This document shows positions 48,190-56,782 of a stretch of DNA of 61,646 nt, in pieces. The stretch spans positions 1-61,646 of the forward strand of contig MHWB01000010.1 in NCBI GenBank assembly GCA_001823925.1, in the 5' to 3' direction. The notes beneath the pieces are model-generated. The model saw nothing but the letters and a program-made list of their open reading frames with translations, searched no databases and had not been told where the DNA came from. The first letter of the stretch is position 1, and each line of letters starts with the position of its first letter. A program made the translations under genes and the position numbers. Source of the stretch: Candidatus Zambryskibacteria bacterium RIFCSPLOWO2_01_FULL_39_39 (GTDB lineage: Bacteria > Patescibacteriota > Minisyncoccia > Phycocordibacterales > WO2-35-19).

Positions 48190-49848
48190 ATGACATCTGA
48201 AGAAATCAAAGAAATACTCTCTCCTATTCTTGCGGGCGATATCCACATAGAGCAAGAGATGCTTGAAAAGTACTCTCATGACGCCAGCTTATTTGAAGTA
48301 AAACCCCAAGTGGTAATATTTCCAAAAAATAGTAGCGATGTGCAGGCAATAATGAAATGGGTTGGAGAAAACAAAAAAGAGCACCCCAAGCTTTCAGTCA
48401 CCGCCCGTTCGGCTGGCACTGATATGTCTGGCGGAGCGATCAATGACTCAATTATTTTAGACTTTACTCGATATATGAATACTGTAAGAGAAATCAAGGA
48501 CGGTGTTGGCGTTGTTGAACCTGGATGTTTCTACCGCGATTTTGAAAAGGAGACACTAAAGCAAGGACTATTTATGCCCGCTTATACCGCTTCACGCGAG
48601 ATCTGTGCCGTCGGCGGTATGGCAGGGAACAATGCCGGCGGAGAAAATACTGTGAAGTACGGTAAGGTAGAGGATTTTATTGCCCACCTCCGCGTAGTCT
48701 TTACTGATGGCAATGAATACCTGATTAAACCGACAGATAGAGAAGGTCTCGAGGATAAATCTAGGGAAGAAAGTCTGGAGGGCAAAATTTATAGAGAAAT
48801 TTCCGAACTGATTTTCCAAAATAAAGAAAAGATAATGTCTGCCAAACCAAATGTATCCAAAAATTCTGCTGGCTATTATCTTTGGAATGTTTGGGACGAA
48901 CAGGGGCAAGTTTTTGATTTGTGTAAACTTATTATTGGATCGCAAGGTACCCTCGGCATCATCACCGAAATTGGTTTTAAACTCGTACGGAAACCCGCCT
49001 ACGGAAGCTTATTGGCAATATTTATGCCATCGCTCGAAAAACTGCCCGAAGTAGTCGGCGAAGTTATGACTTTCAAACCTGATAGTTTTGAAACGTATGA
49101 TGATTACAGTCTAAAGTTGGCAATCAAATTCTTTTTTGATTTTTTTGCTCAAATGGGATTTGTAAACGCAATTAGGCTCGGCCTGCAATTTATCCCCGAA
49201 CTTCGCCTCTTGTTGGTCCACGGCATTCCAAAGCTGACTTTACTTGTCCAATTTACCGGTGAAAACAAAGAAGAAGTACAAAATCGCCTAGCAGAGTTGC
49301 AGAAGAAGATTACTCATTTTGGTCTAAAGTCCCGTCTTGCCAAAAGTGAGATTGAAGCAGAAAAGTATTGGGAGGTGCGCAGACAAAGTTTCAATATGCT
49401 ACGCAAGCACGTTCACCGTCGTCGCACTGCCCCTTTTATAGACGATATCATTGTCAAACCAGAATACTTGCCAGAATTTTTACCTAAAGTTGAGGCTGTC
49501 CTCTCTGAATACAAACTTATCTACACCATCGCGGGCCATGCCGGAGATGGCAACTTCCATATTATCCCTTTGATGAATCTCGAATCCCCTTACTCCAGTG
49601 ATCAAATTTTAGAAATTTCCCAAAAAATCTATACCCTCGTATTGGAATATAAAGGTTCTATCACCGCCGAACACAACGATGGCATTATACGCACACCCTA
49701 TTTGGAAAAAATGTATGGAGCAGAGATTGTCCAACTATTCAAAAAAACCAAAGAAATTTTCGACTTTTTCTACATTCTCAATCCGGGCAAAAAAGTCGGC
49801 GGAACATTTGAAGATATTAAAAATAAATTAATAAGAAAAAATAACTAA
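48190..49848 (+). CDS. FAD-linked oxidase (GlcD/D-lactate dehydrogenase-like)
   Basis: FAD_binding_4-like N-terminal part (RSAGTDMSGG) and a C-terminal oxidase domain. Confidence 0.8.
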   Translation: MTSEEIKEILSPILAGDIHIEQEMLEKYSHDASLFEVKPQVVIFPKNSSDVQAIMKWVGENKKEHPKLSVTARSAGTDMSGGAINDSIILDFTRYMNTVREIKDGVGVVEPGCFYRDFEKETLKQGLFMPAYTASREICAVGGMAGNNAGGENTVKYGKVEDFIAHLRVVFTDGNEYLIKPTDREGLEDKSREESLEGKIYREISELIFQNKEKIMSAKPNVSKNSAGYYLWNVWDEQGQVFDLCKLIIGSQGTLGIITEIGFKLVRKPAYGSLLAIFMPSLEKLPEVVGEVMTFKPDSFETYDDYSLKLAIKFFFDFFAQMGFVNAIRLGLQFIPELRLLLVHGIPKLTLLVQFTGENKEEVQNRLAELQKKITHFGLKSRLAKSEIEAEKYWEVRRQSFNMLRKHVHRRRTAPFIDDIIVKPEYLPEFLPKVEAVLSEYKLIYTIAGHAGDGNFHIIPLMNLESPYSSDQILEISQKIYTLVLEYKGSITAEHNDGIIRTPYLEKMYGAEIVQLFKKTKEIFDFFYILNPGKKVGGTFEDIKNKLIRKNN

Positions 49849-50064
49849 ATGAAACCTCATCAATTGATCGCTTATTTTACACGCAATATTTTTATAGTTT
49901 TAGGTTTGGTACTTATCTGGCGAGGCATTTGGTATATTTTGGACGAGATAGATATTGTCTTCTTCGGCGAAAGTCATGTCATAACCACCATCGGAGGCAT
50001 AATATTAGGTTTTATTATTCTCTATCTCCCCGATAAAGACCTCAAAGAAATTTCAAAACTGTAA
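49849..50064 (+). CDS. hypothetical two-TM membrane protein
   Basis: ORF track; TAA-ATG junction with the upstream gene. Confidence 0.5.
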   Translation: MKPHQLIAYFTRNIFIVLGLVLIWRGIWYILDEIDIVFFGESHVITTIGGIILGFIILYLPDKDLKEISKL

Positions 50065-50107
50065 TTTTTATATTTTGATATTATTTATATACAGCGAGAA
50101 TGGCATT

Positions 50108-50476
50108 CTAGGATGATTTCAAAAGTTTGGCAAATTCAGCAGCTTCTGCCTCATGATCTTTTTTGGTTTTGGGTCCGGTAGCAGTTGGTGTATCCCAATG
50201 AGCCATCATCTGTCCAAAAAATCTTGAGGCTTCTGGTTTTTCTCTAAGATTCTTAATATCTATCCAATTCAAACCCTCTGTGTACAGGGCTTGTGATATT
50301 ATTTCCTTCTTATACTCACTTCTATCTATTTCAGCCAACGCGAACGCAAGCCCAGCATCCCTTCCTTGAGTCTTGCTTCCATTTTTAAAAAAATCTAAAG
50401 CTTCTCCAAAGCCACCATCTTCTGGTTTTGGAGAAAATTCTCGGTCAACATCTAGTCTAATATGTGGTCCTTCCAT
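50108..50476 (-). CDS. hypothetical protein (122 aa)
   Basis: ORF track only. Confidence 0.5.
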   Translation of the reverse strand: MEGPHIRLDVDREFSPKPEDGGFGEALDFFKNGSKTQGRDAGLAFALAEIDRSEYKKEIISQALYTEGLNWIDIKNLREKPEASRFFGQMMAHWDTPTATGPKTKKDHEAEAAEFAKLLKSS

Positions 50477-50506
50477 ACCAAAATAATACCATAATTATTG
50501 CGCGAG

Positions 50507-50558
50507 CTAGTGGACGAAGTGAGAACCACGATTGTGGAGAATTATGTACATTTTCCTG
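50507..50558 (+). repeat. copy 1 of a diverged ~52-bp coding-like repeat flanking the NYN gene
   Basis: It encodes LVDEVRTTIVENYVHFP. Differences from copy 2 fall mostly at third codon positions. Confidence 0.6.
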
Positions 50559-50583
50559 AAATAATTTATGCTAAAATAACTTT

Positions 50584-51066
50584 ATGAATAAAATCAATAT
50601 TTATATTGATGGAAATAATTTATACCGTAGTGCCAAAGAACTTGGATTTGAAATTGATTACAAAAAACTTAGAGGCTGGCTTCGCCAAAAATACAATCCG
50701 CAATTTGTATATCTGTTTATTGGACTCGTACCAGAAAGAATTAAATTTTATGAATATCTACAAAAATCAGGGTTTATCTTAGTTTTTAAACAAACGGTTT
50801 CGGTTGGAGAAAAAATAAAAGGAAACTGTGATGCAGAATTAGTTTTGAAAACCACTTCTGATTTTTATACGAAAGCTTTTGATTCTTGTATTTTAATAAC
50901 AGGAGATGGAGATTTTGGTTGTTTGGTAGAATTCTTGCAAGAAAACAAATCAATGAACCGAATTATTGCTCCTGATGAAAATAAATGCTCTTTTTTGTTG
51001 AGAAATAAAAATGTTGAGATAACATTCTTAAACGACCACTACCACAAGTTCTCTAAAAAGGCATAA
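50584..51066 (+). CDS. NYN (LabA/PIN-like) domain protein
   Basis: IYIDGNNLY ... ILITGDGDF acidic motifs. Confidence 0.8.
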   Translation: MNKINIYIDGNNLYRSAKELGFEIDYKKLRGWLRQKYNPQFVYLFIGLVPERIKFYEYLQKSGFILVFKQTVSVGEKIKGNCDAELVLKTTSDFYTKAFDSCILITGDGDFGCLVEFLQENKSMNRIIAPDENKCSFLLRNKNVEITFLNDHYHKFSKKA

Positions 51067-51160
51067 AAAGAAAAAGCCCCCAGTGCAGACGAATCTACAC
51101 AAGGGTCTTTTTCATAGTGATGCTAAAAGCATACTCCTATAAAAACATCTGTCAAGTAAA

Positions 51161-51213
51161 CTCGTGGACGATGTTAGAACTGAGATTTTAAACAACTATG
51201 TAAGTATTTCTGG
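51161..51213 (+). repeat. copy 2 of the coding-like repeat
   Basis: It encodes LVDDVRTEILNNYVSIS. Confidence 0.6.
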
Positions 51214-51219
51214 AGTTTA

Positions 51220-52518
51220 CTAATGCTTTAATTTTTTCCAATCATTTATGAAATTTGTAGAGTTTGTTTTAAAATTTTGAGCAGTAAGTTTAACTACATT
51301 TTCAATGTTAAGTATATCTGCATCAGCCTGCAACTCCCTAAAAAATGAACCGACCCTTAAACAATATATTGGGAAAATTGCTTCTAAAATATTTCTTTTC
51401 TCCTCAGAAACCGCTTGATGAAAATATAATATAAAATCATAAACGATTTTAGCCCACGTGTTCGGTGATAGATAAATATTCTTGGCATCTGCTCGGTAAT
51501 GATGTTCTATTTCTGGAAAAATTTCTGGTCTAACTATTTTTCTTGTTAGAGTTGAGTTGTCTAAAAAGTTATCTTTAAACGCCATTAGATACGCGAGGGC
51601 ATCTGCATCTGGAGGGAAAAGTGTCTCTATTTTTTCTGTTATTTCCTCCATTTGAACTAAATTCCAACCAGCATGATCCATCTCAACAAAACCAAACATA
51701 CTGCCAACTATCTGCGTAATGGCTTTCTTATATCCATTATCTACGACAGGCAAAGAGGAATGTGAAATATATCCCAAATATGGTTCTTCTATTGTTGCAC
51801 CAGATTTTAACGAAAATATCGTGTAAAAAATATCAATACCATATCCAGAAACACTTTCAGAAAACCAACTGGTATTGCTAATGGTGTCCGTAAATGAAGC
51901 TAACTCTTTAACAACATCAGAAGTAAAGGACCTTAAGCCTCCGAGTGGGTGTCTGGGAGCTTTTCCATAAAGTGCCGATAAAAGTGGGAATGCAAGATTG
52001 TTTGTTGTCTCGGCATCATGTGCCCCGCGATGCACAGTAGGAATCACGCAACATTGTTTTCCTTTGATAAAAAGTGGTTCTAAAAGTATTTTTATCCACT
52101 CGTATTCTATATTACTTACATCTGCATCAAAAAACACAGCATGCGAATTAAAATGATTGGCAATGTCTACAAACATTCTCATACTCCAACCTTTTCCAAT
52201 CAAATTTTTATATTTATGAAATCCGTGAAATTCAATATTTTCAACTTTTGGAGGCAAAATATTATTTATTTGAACACCAGAACAACTCTCGCCTAGAGCG
52301 ATTAAAAGAAAGTGTTTGTCGGGATAATATTTTTCTAAACCTTCTTGAATCTTAACGAGCGTAGATTGAACAGTTTCCTCACTTTCACGAGAGAAAGGCA
52401 CTCCAATAACTACTTCGGCTAGAATATTTAGTCCATCCAATTTATTGAGTATTTCTGACAATTGATGGTGATAGTCCAAATTATCAGCTTCATATACATT
52501 AGTGGTTTTTTCATTCAT
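51220..52518 (-). CDS. hypothetical protein, possibly a GT-A fold glycosyltransferase
   Basis: GKGW and FFDADV (DxD-like) motifs are reminiscent of GT81/GpgS-type enzymes. This is a weak call. Confidence 0.4.
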   Translation of the reverse strand: MNEKTTNVYEADNLDYHHQLSEILNKLDGLNILAEVVIGVPFSRESEETVQSTLVKIQEGLEKYYPDKHFLLIALGESCSGVQINNILPPKVENIEFHGFHKYKNLIGKGWSMRMFVDIANHFNSHAVFFDADVSNIEYEWIKILLEPLFIKGKQCCVIPTVHRGAHDAETTNNLAFPLLSALYGKAPRHPLGGLRSFTSDVVKELASFTDTISNTSWFSESVSGYGIDIFYTIFSLKSGATIEEPYLGYISHSSLPVVDNGYKKAITQIVGSMFGFVEMDHAGWNLVQMEEITEKIETLFPPDADALAYLMAFKDNFLDNSTLTRKIVRPEIFPEIEHHYRADAKNIYLSPNTWAKIVYDFILYFHQAVSEEKRNILEAIFPIYCLRVGSFFRELQADADILNIENVVKLTAQNFKTNSTNFINDWKKLKH

Positions 52519-52616
52519 GCCAGAATACTACCACAGTTCTCCGTTCCATCAGTATGCAAAAGTCAGAACTAAAAAGCCCTTAGGGAGTAAGGACTTTTTG
52601 GGTAAATTCTCATCTG

Positions 52617-52691
52617 CGCGGTCGATGGGATTTGAACCCACGATCTATCCCGTGACAGGGGATTGTGTTAACCAGGCTACACCACGACCGC
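52617..52691 (-). tRNA. tRNA-Asp (anticodon GUC)
   Basis: GCGGTCG acceptor, anticodon arm ATCCC-CTGTCAC-GGGAT, T-loop GGTTCAAATCC. Confidence 0.9.
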
Positions 52692-53199
52692 ATTGTCTTT
52701 CCTTAATGAAACTCTCAAAAACTTTTTTCTTCCTTTTTAGGAAAGCATCATTATGACCTTTTACTTTGTTATTATACATAAAATAATATAATTTCAAAGA
52801 GCCGTTAGTACTATAGACCAATCTAAAATAACGTCCTTGTTTGTTATAGATAGCTCCTTTGTTTATACCAATGATCTGAAGCCTTCTATTTAAATCTTCT
52901 AAAAAACTTGACGAGCAAGACGTGAATGCAGTTTGTATAGCTAAAGACCACGTTTTCCTACCTTTGTGTATTAAACCACTCCATACATTTCCGTCCCCAT
53001 CAAAATATCCCCGAACAAAATCAGAAAAATATTGACTGGGCATATTCGGAAGTGAAAGGTTGTTTGTTTTCTTTTTAAAGTATCCAAGATTTTCCAAATC
53101 ATTACACATTTCAATACTTCCAATTTGTAAACAATATTGAGTAGCCTCACTCACTTTTTTGTGGATTAAAAACAAACATGAGATAATATATAAATGCAA
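52645..53199 (-). pseudogene. N-terminally truncated LAGLIDADG homing endonuclease remnant
   Basis: Only one LAGLIDADG-type motif (FVRGYFDGDGNV), at about residue 65. The ORF's last ~15 codons read through the 5' part of tRNA-Asp. Confidence 0.55.
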
Positions 53200-53400
53200 C
53201 CAGATATAGAAAAAAGGTTAGTGGAATTAGAAGCAAAAGTTGATGCGATCTATGTATCAGTAGAAAAAACCAGAAAATATTTCTTCTGGACAATGATAGT
53301 TACTCTTGTAGTACTTGTACTTCCCCTCATAGGACTCTTGTTTGTAGTCCCATCTTTTATAGAGAATTATACAGAGACAATAAACACTTTGGGGATTTAG
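53194..53400 (+). CDS. hypothetical small membrane protein
   Basis: ORF track; coiled N-terminus plus one TM helix. Confidence 0.5.
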   Translation: MQPDIEKRLVELEAKVDAIYVSVEKTRKYFFWTMIVTLVVLVLPLIGLLFVVPSFIENYTETINTLGI

Positions 53401-53432
53401 GGGCTTGCAATGAGCAAGTAAAGCGAGCCAAA

Positions 53433-53509
53433 TGGTGTCGGCGACAGGAATTGCACCTGTGACCTTGGGCTTATGAGTCCCACGCTCTAACTAACTGAGC
53501 TACGCCGAC
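53433..53509 (-). tRNA. tRNA with CAU anticodon (Met or Ile2)
   Basis: GTCGGCG acceptor, anticodon loop CTCATAA, encoded CCA. G1-C72 pairing argues against an initiator. Confidence 0.85.
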
Positions 53510-53665
53510 ATAATTTAATTGTATACTTTTTATACTCTTCCTACCGTCAGAGTCCTCAATTTTGTAACCAAGTATCTTGGACAAAATTGGGAGCTACGCC
53601 GGCAATAGAAAGACTTTAACATAAAATTGCAAAATAATAAAAACTCTATATAATGGATCTTTATT

Positions 53666-53734
53666 GCGGGGTAGAGTAATAGTAACTCGCGAGGCTCATA
53701 ACCTTGAAATTTTAGTGCAAATCTAAACCCCGCA
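53666..53734 (+). tRNA. short tRNA with CAU anticodon (Met/Ile2/initiator unresolved)
   Basis: GCGGGGT/ACCCCGC acceptor, anticodon arm CGAGG-CTCATAA-CCTTG, T-arm TTTAG-TGCAAAT-CTAAA. The D-arm region is compact. Confidence 0.65.
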
Positions 53735-53748
53735 ACACGAATGTGACC

Positions 53749-54432
53749 CTAAATAAGAAAAAATTCTTTGAAAACCGCCTCGTATAAAGAGATAATGCGG
53801 CGGATTTCGCGTTGGTTAATCAAGAAATTCTGCCCCTCGTGAGCAATCATGTTACGAGCTTTGTGAGCCTCCCAAGCAAGTTCTATGGTTGTAAAATCAC
53901 TCTTTTCTACCGCCTTCAGTTTGTCCCCCATTGTCTCTCCAGGCAAATGAAGTGTCCTTAAGAGTTCATCTAAAATAATATCGGCTTCAATAATTGAGAG
54001 ACGCCAATCAGATTGATTAGGAGATTCAGAAAGTTTAATTATTTTTTCCCATCTTGTGGTCATGGGATTTTCAGTTGGCGCATTGCTTTGCGAGAACGCT
54101 TTTATATTTTCTGGATACACTTTTGCTTTTTCTTCACGCCAGATAGCGTCTGCCTTTTTAGTAAACACAAAAGTACAGAGTGCCGCCACCCCAGCAAGAG
54201 TAAAGCCTAAAGACTTAAAAAATTGAACATTTGATTTGAAAAAATCAAATATACCAGAAAGTTTGAAACCAAAAAAAGAAATTTCTCCTGAAGTAATGTA
54301 ACCTATCACTGCAGGTATCAAACTTCCTAAAATGGCCAACAGGAAAAGCAAGGCTAAAATGCCTTCTATCGGATCAAAATTCCATCCGGCTGGTTTTTCT
54401 TTTGGTTTTTCTTTTTTATCTTTTGGAGGCAT
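53749..54432 (-). CDS. hypothetical membrane protein with a C-terminal helical domain carrying an RNMIAH motif
   Basis: Three N-terminal TM helices; C-terminal WEAHKARNMIAHEG. Confidence 0.55.
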   Translation of the reverse strand: MPPKDKKEKPKEKPAGWNFDPIEGILALLFLLAILGSLIPAVIGYITSGEISFFGFKLSGIFDFFKSNVQFFKSLGFTLAGVAALCTFVFTKKADAIWREEKAKVYPENIKAFSQSNAPTENPMTTRWEKIIKLSESPNQSDWRLSIIEADIILDELLRTLHLPGETMGDKLKAVEKSDFTTIELAWEAHKARNMIAHEGQNFLINQREIRRIISLYEAVFKEFFLI

Positions 54433-54479
54433 GTTTTTATAAAAATCCTAAATTTTAAATCCAAAATCTGAAACAAAAA

Positions 54480-55916
54480 TTATTCATTCAGAAATTTTTT
54501 ACCAATATTAAATAGTATATCTTCATCCATGTGCGGTACCGTTAATTGTATGCCAAGTGGTAATTTCTTTCCATCTATTTCAGCAAAACCTGACGGCAAA
54601 GAAATAGCAGGACAGCCGACAATATTTGCTGTAACTGTAAATATATCAGCAAGGTACATCTCTAATGGATCTGATTTCTCTCCAATTTTAAAGGCTGGAG
54701 AAGGAGTGGTTGGAGTAAGTATTGCGTCTACTTTTTTGAAAGCTTGCGCAAATTCATCTTTTATTATTCTTCTTACTTGGAGAGCCTTACCATAATAGGC
54801 GTCGTAGTAGCCAGTAGAGAGGACATATGTACCCAAAATAATTCTCCTTCTTACTTCTTTACCAAAACCTTTTCCTCTTGTTTTTTTGTAAACATCCAAC
54901 AAATTACCTGCCCCGAGCGGAGTCGAGGGGTCGCCATCTTCCCTCAAACCATATTTGACACCATCGTATCTCGCCATGTTAGAAGAAACTTCTGCAGGCA
55001 TAATTATATAATAAACAGCCAAAGATTTATCTATATTTGGTAGAGATATATTTATAATTTCAAATCCCAAATTTTTTAATTTTTCTACACTCTCTTCAAA
55101 ATTTTTCTTAACATCCAGAGATATACCTTCTTGATTCATCAAATGATACGGCACCCCAATAGTTCTAGATTCTGGATTCAAGATTCTAGATTCCATTTCA
55201 ATACTCGTACTATCCATCTTATCTACTCCTTTTATAGCATTGAAAATTATTTCTGTATCAGAGATAGTTTTTGCAATAGGACCTATAACATCAAGAGAAG
55301 AACCCATCGCCATTAAGCCATATCTAGAAACGCTACCATAAGTCGGCTTGAGCCCCAACACTCCACAAAAGCTAGCCGGCTCTCGTACCGAGCCTCCAGT
55401 GTCTGACCCAAGGCTCGCCATAGCTATATCTGCCGCTACTGCAACAGCAGAGCCTCCAGAAGAGCCACCAGCAACTCTCTCTAAATCATACGGATTCTTC
55501 GTCACCCCAAAAGCAGAGTTTTCTGTAGAGCCACCCATGGCAAACTCGTCCATATTTGTCCTACCCAAAAATACTGCCCCCTCTTCTTTCAATTTTTTGA
55601 TAACAGTCGCATCATAAGTAGCCGTATAGTTTTCCAATATTTTAGACGCGGCACTTACCTTCCTACCTTTTATTAAGATGTTGTCTTTGATCGCAAGAGG
55701 AATACCAGTAAGTTCTTTCGCCTCGCCTTTATTAATTATTTTTTGGGCATCTTCGGCTTGCTTTATTACATCACTAAAAACTTCTAGATAAACATTTAAA
55801 TCTTTATTTTTTTCTTCTATATTTTTGAGATAATATTTTGCCAAATCTATCGCGCTCAATTGTTTTGAGTCTAGAAGCTCTCTTGCCTTTTTTATTGTTA
55901 GTTCTGATAGATTCAT
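54480..55916 (-). CDS. gatA: Glu/Asp-tRNA amidotransferase subunit A
   Basis: Amidase signature GGSSGGSA and the upstream KDN motif. Confidence 0.96.
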   Translation of the reverse strand: MNLSELTIKKARELLDSKQLSAIDLAKYYLKNIEEKNKDLNVYLEVFSDVIKQAEDAQKIINKGEAKELTGIPLAIKDNILIKGRKVSAASKILENYTATYDATVIKKLKEEGAVFLGRTNMDEFAMGGSTENSAFGVTKNPYDLERVAGGSSGGSAVAVAADIAMASLGSDTGGSVREPASFCGVLGLKPTYGSVSRYGLMAMGSSLDVIGPIAKTISDTEIIFNAIKGVDKMDSTSIEMESRILNPESRTIGVPYHLMNQEGISLDVKKNFEESVEKLKNLGFEIINISLPNIDKSLAVYYIIMPAEVSSNMARYDGVKYGLREDGDPSTPLGAGNLLDVYKKTRGKGFGKEVRRRIILGTYVLSTGYYDAYYGKALQVRRIIKDEFAQAFKKVDAILTPTTPSPAFKIGEKSDPLEMYLADIFTVTANIVGCPAISLPSGFAEIDGKKLPLGIQLTVPHMDEDILFNIGKKFLNE

Positions 55917-55967
55917 CTTTTTTTCTTCTTCTCCCTCTCTTGTTGTAAGAGAGGGGTTAGGGGTGAG

Positions 55968-56267
55968 TTATAAAATTTTCTTAACCTTAATAAAACCTCT
56001 CTCTGTCTCTGGAGCTTCGGCAAGCAATTCTTTTGTATAAGCTCCAGATTCATTTGGATTTTCGTCTTCTCGCATTACATTAAGAACCCCACCCTGACCC
56101 TCCCCTTGATCAGGGGAGGGAAAACCCACATTCCCTACTACAGACTTGATTTGCCCCACGTAACCCAAAATAGAGTCCACCTCTTTTGCTAGACCCTCCA
56201 ACTCCGAATCTTCTATTTCTATCCTCGCCAAATCCGCCAACTTTTTTATATCATCCTTAGAAATCAT
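55968..56267 (-). CDS. gatC: Glu/Asp-tRNA amidotransferase subunit C
   Basis: Size, LA.LARIE N-terminus, LRED-like motif; located immediately upstream of gatA. Confidence 0.88.
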   Translation of the reverse strand: MISKDDIKKLADLARIEIEDSELEGLAKEVDSILGYVGQIKSVVGNVGFPSPDQGEGQGGVLNVMREDENPNESGAYTKELLAEAPETERGFIKVKKIL

Positions 56268-56272
56268 AGAGA

Positions 56273-56548
56273 TTACACTACTATGGTTTTAAGAGGTTTG
56301 CTAGAAAGAATTTCAATTGGTATGCTAGACATCATTTTTTTATATACAGGTTTTGCTTGTCTTAAAATTTCTTTTCCAATTCTACGAGAAACATTTAATA
56401 TTTCTACACCAACTGGTTTGTTCCTTATATCTACATCTACAAACACAAGATTGGCAATTTCTCTGGTATGTTTAATTTTTCTCTCATTCAGATAGATGTA
56501 CATTGCATCTGCCTCTTTGTCGTATGTTATTTTTAGATTCTTTTTCAT
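56273..56548 (-). CDS. DUF2283-family antitoxin-like protein
   Basis: ITYDKEADAMYIYL ... PVGVEIL pattern. Confidence 0.7.
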   Translation of the reverse strand: MKKNLKITYDKEADAMYIYLNERKIKHTREIANLVFVDVDIRNKPVGVEILNVSRRIGKEILRQAKPVYKKMMSSIPIEILSSKPLKTIVV

Positions 56549-56763
56549 AAATAATATATTGTGAGAATTAAATATCCACTTTTTACCATTCGGTAGACAA
56601 CCCCAACTCTTCCCTTACTGGAAATGTCTTTTATCGCCACTATTGTATCATCATCTTCAACTCTTGAAAAGTCTGGTCGATTGATAATATCCTTGATATC
56701 TAGAGTCGATATTTCTCTTTTATACATGCGATATTGAGCATGATGAGTAAACCTAAATTTCAT
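56545..56763 (-). CDS. DUF4258-family toxin-like protein
   Basis: MKFRFTHHAQYRMYKREIS... ILTIYY pattern. ATGA overlap with the downstream DUF2283 gene. The track's longer ORF is an upstream spurious extension. Confidence 0.7.
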   Translation of the reverse strand: MKFRFTHHAQYRMYKREISTLDIKDIINRPDFSRVEDDDTIVAIKDISSKGRVGVVYRMVKSGYLILTIYYL

Positions 56764-56782
56764 TATCCAAATAATAGCAAAT

